Shown in pieces: positions 1 through 11,000 of a DNA stretch of 64,000 nucleotides (position 1 is its first letter; each line of letters starts with the position of its first letter). The notes beneath the pieces are model-generated. The model saw nothing but the letters and a program-made list of their open reading frames with translations, searched no databases and was not told the DNA's origin. The stretch comes from Macrostomum hystrix (taxonomy: Eukaryota; Animalia; Platyhelminthes). The stretch is taken from contig CATNEN010000018.1 of assembly GCA_950097015.1 (NCBI GenBank), positions 157,967 through 221,966 on the forward strand, read 5' to 3'. Made by a program: the position numbers and the translations under genes.

Positions 1-200
1 ATTGGACACCCTGACACCCTGTCTTAGCCATACACATGAAACCATCTGTGATTGGACACCCTGTCTTAGCCATACACATGAAACCATCTGTGATTGGACA
101 CCCTGTCTTAGCCATAGAATGAAACCATCTGTGATTGGACACCCTGTCTTAGCCATACACATGAAACCATCTGTGATTGGACACCCTGTCTTAGCCATAG
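1..200. repeat. 42-bp minisatellite (ATTGGACACCCTGTCTTAGCCATACACATGAAACCATCTGTG), cut by the window start
   Basis: Tandem units read directly; 14-aa periodicity in the ORF track (IGHPVLAIHMKPSV). Paralogous array at 54274-54496. Confidence 0.95.
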
Positions 201-1345
201 ACATGAAACAGTGGACACATTGGACACCCTGCCGAGTGATATATAGTACAAAATAGGCTTACAGAAGGACAGCTTGCATACTCTGTCCGACCTGGAGTAT
301 TGTAGCATGTCGCATAATCTGAGTAGGAAGGCTCAACCAGACTCAAAGATTTCAGATCGATAAGGCTGAGAAGAAAGAAATTTGATCTACAAAAGGCGGA
401 TGAAACGAAAGTAGACAGCAGAGCACAGAGCAAATAGTGATTGATCTTCAATAAAGTGCAACAAGTTAAAAATGGGAAACAGCTTGGGCCGCGGTTCGTT
501 AGCTGCCTGTGCAAAAGTACTAAAATAACCTTGCTTTTCGGTCAGTGAGTTGAGACTGCTCTGGTTGGACTCGAGCCTAGCCCTGTCTCATTAGGACCCG
601 CCGTGAGCATGAGAGGAAGCAATACGTGAGTTGGGGTGCGTGAATTCGCCTGTGTGAGTTTTTGCGCCCAGTGCGATTCGTCAGTAGAGCACATTTGATT
701 TGAGCAGTGGTGCTCAACTATAACTAGCCAGCTGGTGTGAGACATTGCCGCGTGTTTTCTTTAACGAAGGAATTTTGATTCGCCTGCCCTGGGGACTGCC
801 CGCAGGCAAGACACAAATGTACTTTTGTGAATCACAATCTGCGCTTCAGTCAGCAGTAAATTGGCTCCTCGTAGGTTAAAGCTTATAGGACTTCAGCCTG
901 AGAGTCCTGACGATCAGATTTCACTGCTGGTGCTCAACAACTGTCTTATTTTCTCTTCAATTCGTGGCGGCAGACCGAAAATTATTAAAGGTCATGACGA
1001 CGGTTACGATTTTTTCTGTCGATTGATTATTTACTAATTAATTTCTTTTCAATGGTCAGTCTGCGTCTTTTGACGGGGGTGCATCAGTTTCTCGGGATGT
1101 TTTGTGTCTCACTGCAATGCCCAGCAAATCGATGGACTCTGGGCCTGACCTAAATTTGAGTCGCCTGTCGCGCTCAGCTCAGCTATCGACTGGCGTAATC
1201 ACATGGTTGCCATGGTAACACTGCGCTTACCTGTTGATAGAAATGTTAGATGCTCACCATCGATTCAGGCCGAGTTATTTTGCATTCGATCTAGAAAGAC
1301 TCACCTGGAGATTGAACAGCCAAAAACTCATGAACATCTACAATT

Positions 1346-2273
1346 TATCTCTACCAAGCAGTCTCTATACCAATGTGTGTACACTAGCTCATCTGCATTC
1401 TATCCCTACCAAGCAGTCTCTATACCAATGTGTGTACAATAGATCATCTGCATTCTATCCCTACCAAGCAGTCTCTATACCAATGTGTGTACAATAGATC
1501 ATCTGCATTCTATCCCTACCAAGCAGTCTCTATACCAATGTGTGTACACTAGCTCATCTGCATTCTATCTCTACCAAGCAGTCTCTATACCAATGTGTGT
1601 ACACTAGCTCATCTGCATTCTATCTCTACCAAGCAGTCTCTATACCAATGTGTGTACACTAGCTCATCTGCATTCTATCTCTACCAAGCAGACTCTATAC
1701 CAATGTGTGTACACTAGCTCATCTGCATTCTATCTCTACCAAGCAGACTCTATACCAATGTGTGTACACTAGCTCATCTGCATTCTATCCCTACCAAGCA
1801 GTCTCTATACCAATGTGTGTACACTAGCTCATCTGCATTCTATCCCTACCAAGCAGTCTCTATACCAATGTGTGTACACTAGCTCATCTGCATTCTATCC
1901 CTACCAAGCAGTCTCTATACCAATGTGTGTACACTAGCTCATCTGCATTCTATCCCTACCAAGCAGTCTCTATACCAATGTGTGTACACTAGCTCATCTG
2001 CATTCTATCCCTACCAAGCAGTCTCTATACCAATGTGTGTACACTAGCTCATCTGCATTCTATCTCTACCAAGCAGTCTCTATGCCAATGTGTGTACACT
2101 AGCTCACCTGCATTCTATCCCTACCAAGCAGTCTCTATACCAATGTGTGTACACTAGCTCATCTGCATTCTATCTCTACCAAGCAGACTCTATACCAATG
2201 TGTGTACACTAGCTCATCTGCATTCTATCCCTACCAAGCAGACTCTATACCAATGTGTGTACACTAGCTCATC
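1346..2273. repeat. 55-bp minisatellite (CTACCAAGCAGTCTCTATACCAATGTGTGTACACTAGCTCATCTGCATTCTATCC), ~17 copies
   Basis: Unit recurs at 1501, 1556, 1611 etc. Confidence 0.97.
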
Positions 2274-2480
2274 AATATTCTATTTAGCAAGCGGGTAAAG
2301 GTAGAAAGTTTGCTTGATCTTTTAGAAGCAGTGCAAGAGCAGCAGGCATTGTTGACACAGCAGCGTTTCTGGAGTCCCTTGCCATCTCGCCATGTAATGC
2401 GACTTGGAGTTCTTTAGGGCGAAGGAAAGCTAAATTAGTCTAGGATTGTGGCTGAGACTGGGCCGTTGCGGCGAGACCTC

Positions 2481-3653
2481 ATGACAGCTGAGGCTTGCAC
2501 TGAGTCAACAAGGCAGGACTCGGGTCTGTTTTTTCAGCAGTATAAGAGTAAATATCTACCGAATGCACGAACCTTCGGTCGAGTTACGCGCTGTTTCTCG
2601 CTGCCTGAGTTATGTTTAAACATGGCCGAGATGTACGTACGACAGAAATTGAACCAGGCGCAGGTCGGTGAGACGCAGGTCGGTGAGACGCAGGTCGGTG
2701 AGGCGCAGTTCGGTGAGACGCAGGTCGGTGAGACGCAGGTCGGTGAGACGAAGGTCGGTGAGACGAAGGTCGGTGAGACGAAGGTTGGTAAGACGCAGGT
2801 CGGTGAGACGCAGGACGGTGAGATGAAGGTCGGTGAGATGAAGGTCGGTGAGGCGCAGGTCGGTGAGACGAAGGTCGGTGAGGCGCAGGTCGGTGAGGCG
2901 CAGGTCGGTGAGACGAAGGTCGGTGAGGCGCAGGTCGGTGAGACGAAGGTCGGTGAGGCGCAGGTCGGTGAGGCGCAGGTCGGTGAGGCGCAGGTCGGTG
3001 AGACGCAGGTCGATGAGACGAAGGTCGGTGAGACGAAGGTCGATGAGACGCAGGTCGGTGAGACGCAGGTCGGTGAGGCGCAGGTCGGTGAGGCGCAGGT
3101 CCGTGAGGCGCAGGTCGATGAGACGAAGGTCGGTGAGGCGCAGGTCCGTGAGGCGCAGGTCCGTGAGGCGCCAATGGTTCGCAGAATTCGCCATTCGACC
3201 AGCAGCAACTGTGTCGCACAGCAGTCACAAGCAATGGAGCAGCCACGCAGGCACAGCACTATCTTTCCGCAGCAACAACATCTTGTACTTCAGCGTCCTA
3301 GGCGAGGTAGAATGTTCAGTCTATTTCATTGGGAAAGCGCCGCTGAAGCTCTGCGATGGCAACAGCCAGCTGGTACAAAGTAAGATTACGGAAATGAAAG
3401 TTAACAACTTTGCGTACCATAGCTTTCAATTAGTAGAACATTTTATGACCATATTCAATGATTGGGATTTGAGTAAACATGAATTCAAGTAAGTTGAAAT
3501 TTTATTGAATCGGGATTTCAGTGAAACAATATTTCAAAAAACTGGGATTTGAAAGAATCGGGATTTAATTTTGATTTTGATTTGAGTTATTTGGGATTTC
3601 AGTGAATTGTGTTTGAGAAAGAAAGCTTGACTTTGTTGTTAATTTTCAGCCGT

Positions 3654-3691
<38 letters not shown>

Positions 3692-4085
3692 TCCCAGCTG
3701 CCCTACGCGCCGCTTTCAATCAGCGGACAACTATTATCCTATAGCCTACGTGCTGCGGGAAGAGGACTTGCAGTCCGCGGACACTCACCCGGTCTCCGAG
3801 CGGACTCGCACCGTGGAGCTGCTGCCCCAGGCTGACGGCCGGGACGCCACCGTTCGCATTGTTGCTGAAGCCCGGCTAGCGCCGACGCAGCCACCGGAGC
3901 GGCCGCCGCATCTGCCGGCGTCGCCCTACGCCTACGTGCCGGGGCGACGGCTGGCACCGAGCCGCTCAACAGAAGCTGCTCCGTCAGAAACGAGGCGCAG
4001 GCCAGCCTCTTCAACTGTGGCAGCAGTCGGAGCGAGTGAGTCAAGCAGAGTCAGGCAGTTGGTGGCAAGGTTTCAAGATGGGTAG
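2481..4085 (+). CDS. Low-complexity protein with ~34 VGE[TA][QK] pentapeptide repeats and poly-Q; join(2481..3379,3650..4085), ~444 aa; start uncertain
   Basis: Open frame through a 15-bp repeat. Donor AA|GTAAG at 3379/3380 and acceptor TTTTCAG|C at 3649/3650 join in phase (AAC=Asn, then RQ12) and continue to TAG 4083-4085. No recognisable domain; alternative ATG at 2622 or an upstream exon is possible. Confidence 0.6.
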
Positions 4086-4138
4086 CTGTCTACTCAAGAC
4101 CCTGGCTTATCTATGGTAGAAACTGCTCGTCAAGTTGA

Positions 4139-4346
4139 TAACCTGTTCGTCAAGCTCATACCTGTTCGTCAAGCTCATACCTGTTCGTCAAGCTCATACC
4201 TGTTCGTCAAGCTCATACCTGTTCGTCAAGCTCATACCTGTTCGTCAAGCTCATACCTGTTCGTCAAGCTCATACCTGTTCGTCAAGCTCATACCTGTTC
4301 GTCAAGCTCATACCTGTTCGTCAAGCTCATACCTGTTCGTCAAGTT
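4139..4346. repeat. 19-bp minisatellite (ACCTGTTCGTCAAGCTCAT), ~11 copies
   Basis: Direct tandem units just downstream of the stop at 4085. Confidence 0.97.
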
Positions 4347-5027
4347 ATTACCTCCTATCCTTAAAAGTAATTGTTAAAAATGTTTTCTCATGTATGTTTG
4401 TCAAAATGGTTTAAATTTGAGGCCAAAAGTTAAAAACCTAAATTTGCAATTATCAGAGATTTGAATAAACGTTAATGTTAAAAAATATCAGTTGAAAGCT
4501 TTGGCAAATGCGTGACACTTTGATAAGTGCATGCGCATTGACATGGAAAACAGCATGGTGTTATCGTATCGAATGCGCAATAAATATTGACCCTTAACCA
4601 AAAACATCCTGCATCGAAACGATAAGGCTATAAAAAGTTAAAAGGACATGGCATCGTCTTCTACCTTTTTAGATTTTTGTGTCAGAAATTAACTAATATG
4701 TTGCACAAATTAATCAAAGATCAAGACATCCTTGTTAAAATCTATCTGTTGATTTTCAGATATCAATTTTTACGTTAATCTACTTACCTCTAGAAATCGA
4801 ACCGCGAGGGTGGCTTCAAGTGTGTCACAAAATTAGTTCTTTCTTATCGTTTTATCTTATTTGTCAATTTTTTATAACTGCTACCTAATGCAGAGCTACC
4901 TAATACATTGCATTTAATTCAAGCCGTGAGCACTTAATTGCGATATTGAGGTACTGCTCAAATACACAAGTACATGATTGGGACTGCGAGCAGTTACGGG
5001 ATTGCAGACAAGTCTCATAATTGAAAA

Positions 5028-5933
5028 CTCTTCTCTTCTCTTCTCTTCTTCTCTTCTCTTCTCTTCTCTTCTTCTCTTCTCTTCTCTTCTCTTATTCTCC
5101 TCTCTTCTTCTCTTCTCTTTTCCTCTTCTCTTCTTCTCTTCTCTTCTCTTCTCTTCTCCTCTCCTCTTCTCTTCTCTTCTTCTCTTCTCCTCTCTTCTCT
5201 TCTCTTCTTCTCTTCTCTTCTTCTCTTCTTCTTTCCCCTTCTCTTCTCTTCTCTCTTTTCTTCTCTCCTCTTCTCTTCTCTTCTCTTCTTCTCTTCTCTC
5301 CTCTCCTCTTCTCTTCTCTTCTCTCTTTTCTTCTCTTCTCTTCTCTTCTCTTCTCTCCTCTTCTCTTCTCTTCTCCTCTCCTCTTCTCTTCTCTTCTCTT
5401 CTCCTCTCCTCTTCTCTTCTCTTCTTCTCTTCTCCTCTTCGCTTCTTCTCTTCTCTTCTCTTCTCTTCTCTCCTCTTCTCTCCTCTTCTTTTCTCTTCTC
5501 TTCTCTTCTCTCCTCTTCTCTCCTCTTCTTTTCTCTTCTTCTCTTCTCTTCTCTTCTCTTCTTCTCTTCTCTTCTCTTCTCCTCTCCTCTCCTCTCCTCT
5601 CCTCTTCTCTCCTCTTCTCTTCTTCTCTTCTCCTCTTCTCCTCTCTTCTCTTCTCTCCTCTTCTCTCCTCTTCTCTTCTCTTCTCTTCTCTTCTCTTCTC
5701 TTCTCTTCTTCTCTTCTCCTCTCTTCTCTTCTCTCCTCTTCTCTCCTCTTCTCTTCTCTTCTCTTCTCTTCTCTTCTCTTCTCTTCTTCTCTTCTCCTCT
5801 TCTCTTCTTCTCTTCTCCTCTCTTCTCTTCTCTCCTCTTCTCTCCTCTTCTCTCCTCTTCTCTCCTCTCCTCTCCTCTTCTCTTCTCTTCTCTTCTCTTC
5901 TTCTCTTCTCCTCTTCTTTTCTTCTCTTCTCCT
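5028..5933. repeat. Degenerate (CTCTT)n polypyrimidine tract 1 (~0.9 kb)
   Basis: Almost exclusively C/T on the + strand; pentamer-based. Confidence 0.98.
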
Positions 5934-6656
5934 GATGTAAAAAAACGAATCCGGCGGACACTGATTCGTCAGGCTCCATCTGATATGGTTAGGTATAAAG
6001 TGATCTGAGTCCGCCGGATTCAGATTTCATGCCCACAGCGGATCTGAATAGGACTGTCATTTTAATGCTTATTATTTTACTACTATAAGTAAGCAGTTGA
6101 GCTTTTAAGCAATAAATCTTTTGAACCTTCGAATCGTATTTTGATTTGACTGTGTTATATTTTCAAAATGATGATAAAACACATGGAAATTGCGGTTGCA
6201 TACATCATGAATAATATAGAGCATAAGCTCATTTTTATTGGTACGAGAACGAGTATATAATTGTAATATGGAACTTTACGAATTACAATTCGCAATTTGA
6301 ATTACACTTCACGTGTAGTGGCGGATCCAGGATTTTAAAAGTCCATGTAGGGTGTAGTGGAGGACATGTGAGTACAGAAGCTAGAAGCAAAGTATTTGCG
6401 TGTATGTACTGCATGTATGCGCAAGACAAGATCTTGAGAATATAATACTCTTACAGTGCTTGCATATAATTTAGAACATGGAGCAGCGCAAATGAAACTA
6501 ATTTTAATGGGTGTGGAATTAAAAAAGTGGCTTAACTTGAATGTGATGCCAGTGAAAACCCGTAACAACAGCTAGAGTTCGTGCAATTCTTTTATGCAGT
6601 TCATTAATTTAATGCACTGAGCCTCAGAGGAGTCTAAACCCCAAATGGAGTCAAAC

Positions 6657-6737
6657 CGCAATTATTAGGTGCTTAAAAATTTGAAAAATTATGCTGGCTC
6701 ACATTCCCACTCGATTCCCGCAGCACACTCCACATCA
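6657..6737 (-). mobile_element. ~80-bp fragment matching the 5' terminus of the LTR at 44254/50431
   Basis: Reverse complement reads TGATGTGGAGTGTGCTGCGGGAATCGAGTGGGAATGTGAGCC (42 nt identical to 44254 and 50431), then AGCATAATTTTTCAAATTTTTAAG identical to the 50431 copy. Confidence 0.85.
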
Positions 6738-6908
6738 GTGGAATATTCAAATATTCAATTTCATACTGTCTACTATGAGTAAAACGCCAAGTAGAATAGC
6801 AGATGTTTCCCACCGACTTCATTTTCATTCTTTATTTTTGCCTTTTCGTCTGTAATACGCTTGTTTTCCAAAATTCCATTTAATTTTTTTGCATTTGAGT
6901 AAGAATGG

Positions 6909-7864
6909 TCAGAACGAGAATGGATCTGGACAATATATGAAAGAGTAGAATGCCCATAGTCTCTTACCTATGAAAACCTGTTTGGCATTCTCAAAGGCAA
7001 GTTGGTGCTCTATCAGCATGCAGTCCAGTACTTCCGTCCGGCATTTTTCGAGCATGCCTCGGCCACTCCAGTTCACAACGACCTGCATTCGTGGAGCCAG
7101 GCACTTGTTCATCATCCGGCGGACTGTTTCCGGCAGTGTAGCGCACCGGCAACCCAACAGATGAGGCCCCTGAGATTTTTTTCTCAAAATTAGATGTCTT
7201 CAAATCAAATATATATAAAAAGGAACATAGCACTGCTTACAAGGCTAGACTGCAACTGCCTTGATGAGATGAACTTGATGTACTCCGCCCAGGAGTCTAT
7301 AGCCTCGAACTGCGGACGGTGTTGCTGAGGGTTGGAGCGACCAGCAAACGAAGCTGCGATGCCTTCTAGGAGTGGCAGCACCCGATCCTCTAGCTGCTTG
7401 ATGCGACGAACTGCGTCGCAACTGCGGCGAGCAGCCAGCATGGTTAGATGCGCCACCCCACTTGCCGACTCTGCCTCTTTTCCGACACTGGACAGGTACT
7501 GACGAATGTGAAGCACTGCAGCTGGATGGAGCCTGTCGATGCCGCAGTCTCCATCGAAGCCGTCACCATCGACGCTACCTGATGTGTACGTAAGCTTCGG
7601 AGTCACTGAAGCAGCGTACGGTTTCTGCGTAGGCGCTGTTGTGGGCGTCAGCTTAGGCGGTACCGACGGCGTCACCACCATAGATCTTGGCGTCCCCACC
7701 TCATTTGTTGCACCAAGCCTTGCTGGTAGCAGCGCGGTGTTGATCGCTGGAAGAGCCACTAGTTCCGCATTGAGCGACGTTGAGGCGGTTGAGCGCCTCG
7801 GCTTCTGAGGCCGCCGGTCGGTGTTGTTGCCTCCTTCGTCGCCTGACGTGACGACGGACTGCAT
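6909..7864 (-). CDS. DUF4806-like domain protein; join(7864..7241,7169..), 3' end uncertain (donor at 6967 or read-through to 6909)
   Basis: Phase-0 71-bp intron (CTT|GTAAG at 7241/7240; CTCAG|GGG at 7170/7169) joins PQFEAIDSWAEYIKF...SSL to GPHLLGCRCATLPETVRRMMNKCLAPRMQVVVNWSGRG. This resembles the DUF4806 pattern (VRRxxxKxx...NWxGxG) as recalled; no HMM was run. Confidence 0.6.
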
Positions 7865-8089
7865 GGGTTGGAGTTGTATGCTTTATTATTACAATTAGTA
7901 CAGTAATAAAATTATAAATATTCATGCGTTTTACTGCCCTTTAGTAATTTTTATATGCGCCTTTTTTATTTACAAATGTTTAATGATTTTGAGTTTCTTA
8001 ACTGAATAATTGTCAAACAATTTCGTTCACAAAGGTGACATTAACTTACCTTCATACTGGCGAAGCGATTCCTTCCACCCTTGTTCACC

Positions 8090-11000
8090 CTCTTCTTTTC
8101 TTCTCTTCTTTTCTTCTCTTCTCTTCTTCTTTCCCTTCCCTTCTTCTTTCCCCTTCTCTTCCCTTCTCTTCTCTCCTCTCTTCTCTTCTTTTTTCTTCTC
8201 TTCTCTTCTTTTTTCTTCTTTTTTCTTCTCTTCTCTCTTCTCCTCTTCTCTTCTCTTCTTCCCTTCTTCTTTTTTCTTCTCTTCTCTTCTCTCTTCTCCT
8301 CTTCTCTTCTCTTCTTCCCTTCTTCTTTTTTCTTCTCTTCTCTTCTCTCTTCTCCTCTTCTCTTCTCTTCTTCCCTTCTTCTCTTCTTCTCCTCTTTTCT
8401 TCTCTTCTCTTCTCTTCTCTTCTCTTCTTCTCTTCTCCTCTCTTTTCTTCTCTTCTCTTCTCTTCTCTTCTCTTCTTCTCTTCTCCTCTCTTTTCTTCTC
8501 TTCTCTTCTCTTCTTTTTTCTTCTCTTCTCTTCTCTTCTTTTTTCTTCTCTTCTCTTCTCCTCTCTTTTCTTCTCTTCTCTTCTCTTCTCTTCTCTTCTC
8601 TTCTCTCTTCTTCTCTTCTTCTCCTCTCTTCTCTTCTCTTCTCTTCTCTTCTTCTCTTCTTCTCTCTTTTCTTCTCTTCTCTTCTCTTCTCTTCTTCTCT
8701 TCTCCTCTCTTTTCTTCTCTTCTCTTCTCTTCTCTTCTCTTCTTCTCTTTTTCTCTTCTCTTCTTCTCTTCTCTTCTTTTCTCTTCTTTTCTTCTCTTCT
8801 TTTCTTCTCTTCTCTTCTCTTCTCTTCTTCCCTTCTCCTCTTCTTCTCCTCCTCTTCTCTTCTCTTCTCTTCTCTTCTTCTCTCCTCTTCTCTTCCCTTC
8901 TCTTCTCTTCTCTTCTCTTCTCTTCTTTTCTCTTCTTTTCTTCTCTTCTTTTCTTCTCTTCTCTTCTCTTCTCTTCTTCCCTTCTCCTCTTCTTCTCCTC
9001 CTCTTCTCTTCTCTCTTCTTCTCTTCTTCTCTCCTCTTCTCTTCTCTTCTCTCCTCTTCTCTTCCCTTCTCTCCTCTTCTCTTCTCTTCTTCTCTTCTCT
9101 TCTCTTCTCCTCTTCTCTTCTCTTCTCCTCTTCTCTTCTCTTCTTCTCTTCTTCTTTCCCTTCCATTCTTCTTTCCCCTTCTCTTCTCTTCTCTTCTCTT
9201 CTTCCCTTCTCCTCTTCTTCTCCTCCTCTTCTCTTCTCTCTTCTTCTCTTCTTCTCTCCTCTTCTCTTCTCTTCTCTCCTCTTCTCTTCCCTTCTCTCCT
9301 CTTCTCTTCTCTTCTTCTCTTCTCTTCTCTTCTCCTCTTCTCTTCTCTTCTCCTCTTCTCTTCTCTTCTCTCTTCTTCTCTTCTCTTCTCTTCTCTTCTC
9401 TTCTTCTCTTTTTCTCTTCTCTTGTTCTCTTCTCTTCTTTTCTCTTCTTTTCTTCTCTTCTTTTCTTCTATTCTCTTCTCTTCTCTTCTTCCCTTCTCCT
9501 CTTCTTCTCCTCCTCTTCTCTTCTCTCTTCTTCTCTTCTTCTCTCCTCTTCTCTTCTCTTCTCTCCTCTTCTCTTCCCTCTCTTCTCTTCTCTTCTTCTC
9601 TTCTCTTCTCTTCTCCTCTTATCTTCTCTTCTCCTCTTCTCTTCTCTTCTTCTCTTCTTCTTTCCCTTCCCTTCTTCTTTCCCCTTCTCTTCTCTCCTCT
9701 TCTCTTCTCTTCTTTTCTTCTCTTCTCTTCTCTTCTTTTCTTCTCTTCTTTTCTCTTCTTTTCTTCTCTTCTTTTCTTCTCTTCTCTTCTCTTCTCTTCT
9801 TCCCTTCTCCTCTTCTTCTCCTCCTCTTCTCTTCTCTTCTCTTCTCTTCTTCTCTTTTTCTCTTCTCTTCTTCTCTTCTCTTCTTTTCTCTTCTCTTCTT
9901 CCCTTCTCCTCTTCTTCTCCTCCTATTCTCTTCTCTCTTCTTCTCTTCTTCACTCCTCTTCTCTTCTCTTCTCTCCTCTTCTCTTCCCTTCTCTCCTCTT
10001 CTCTTCCCTTCTCTTCTCTTCTCTTCTCTTCTCTTCTTTTCTCTTCTTTTCTTCTCTTCTTTTCTTCTCTTCTCTTCTCTTCTCTTCTTCCCTTCTCCTC
10101 TTCTTCTCCTCCTCTTCTCTTCTCTCTTCTTCTCTTCTTCTCTCCTCTTCTCTTCTCTTCTCTCCTCTTCTCTTCCCTTCTCTCCTCTTCTCTTCTCTTC
10201 TTCTCTTCTCTTCTCTTCTCCTCTTCTCTTCTCTTCTCCTCTTCTCTTCTCTTCTTCTCTTCTTCTTTCCCTTCCATTCTTCTTTCCCCTTCTCTTCTCT
10301 TCTCTTCTCTTCTTCCCTTCTCCTCTTCTTCTCCTCCTCTTCTCTTCTCTCTTCTTCTCTTCTTCTCTCCTCTTCTCTTCTCTTCTCTCCTCTTCTCTTC
10401 CCTTCTCTCCTCTTCTCTTCTCTTCTTCTCTTCTCTTCTCTTCTCCTCTTCTCTTCTCTTCTCCTCTTCTCTTCTCTTCTCTCTTCTTCTCTTCTCTTCT
10501 CTTCTCTTCTCTTCTTCTCTTTTTCTCTTCTCTTGTTCTCTTCTCTTCTTTTCTCTTCTTTTCTTCTCTTCTTTTCTTCTATTCTCTTCTCTTCTCTTCT
10601 TCCCTTCTCCTCTTCTTCTCCTCCTCTTCTCTTCTCTCTTCTTCTCTTCTTCTCTCCTCTTCTCTTCTCTTCTCTCCTCTTCTCTTCCCTCTCTTCTCTT
10701 CTCTTCTTCTCTTCTCTTCTCTTCTCCTCTTATCTTCTCTTCTCCTCTTCTCTTCTCTTCTTCTCTTCTTCTTTCCCTTCCCTTCTTCTTTCCCCTTCTC
10801 TTCTCTCCTCTTCTCTTCTCTTCTTTTCTTCTCTTCTCTTCTCTTCTTTTCTTCTCTTCTTTTCTCTTCTTTTCTTCTCTTCTTTTCTTCTCTTCTCTTC
10901 TCTTCTCTTCTTCCCTTCTCCTCTTCTTCTCCTCCTCTTCTCTTCTCTTCTCTTCTCTTCTTCTCTTTTTCTCTTCTCTTCTTCTCTTCTCTTCTTTTCT

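Larger units (their letters stand above)
1..5030 (+). repeat. Segmental duplication, copy 1 (paralog at ~54274-59670)
   Basis: Colinear near-identity with 54.3-59.7 kb (e.g. 256/54552, 1203/55503, 2448/56968, 3609/57994). About 10 differences in the first ~1.1 kb of unique sequence by eye. Left border lies outside the window. Confidence 0.97.

Noticed and set aside
2534-3492. Alternative-frame ORFs over the 15-bp repeat (RRRSV, SPTC, HRPAP, LTDLR)
   Set aside because: These are shadows of the same repeat; only the VGE frame links through a phase-consistent intron to the next exon.
6316-6336. TAGTGGCGGATCCAGGATTTT, resembling a DNA-transposon TIR
   Set aside because: No matching inverted partner was found in the window, so no element can be delimited.
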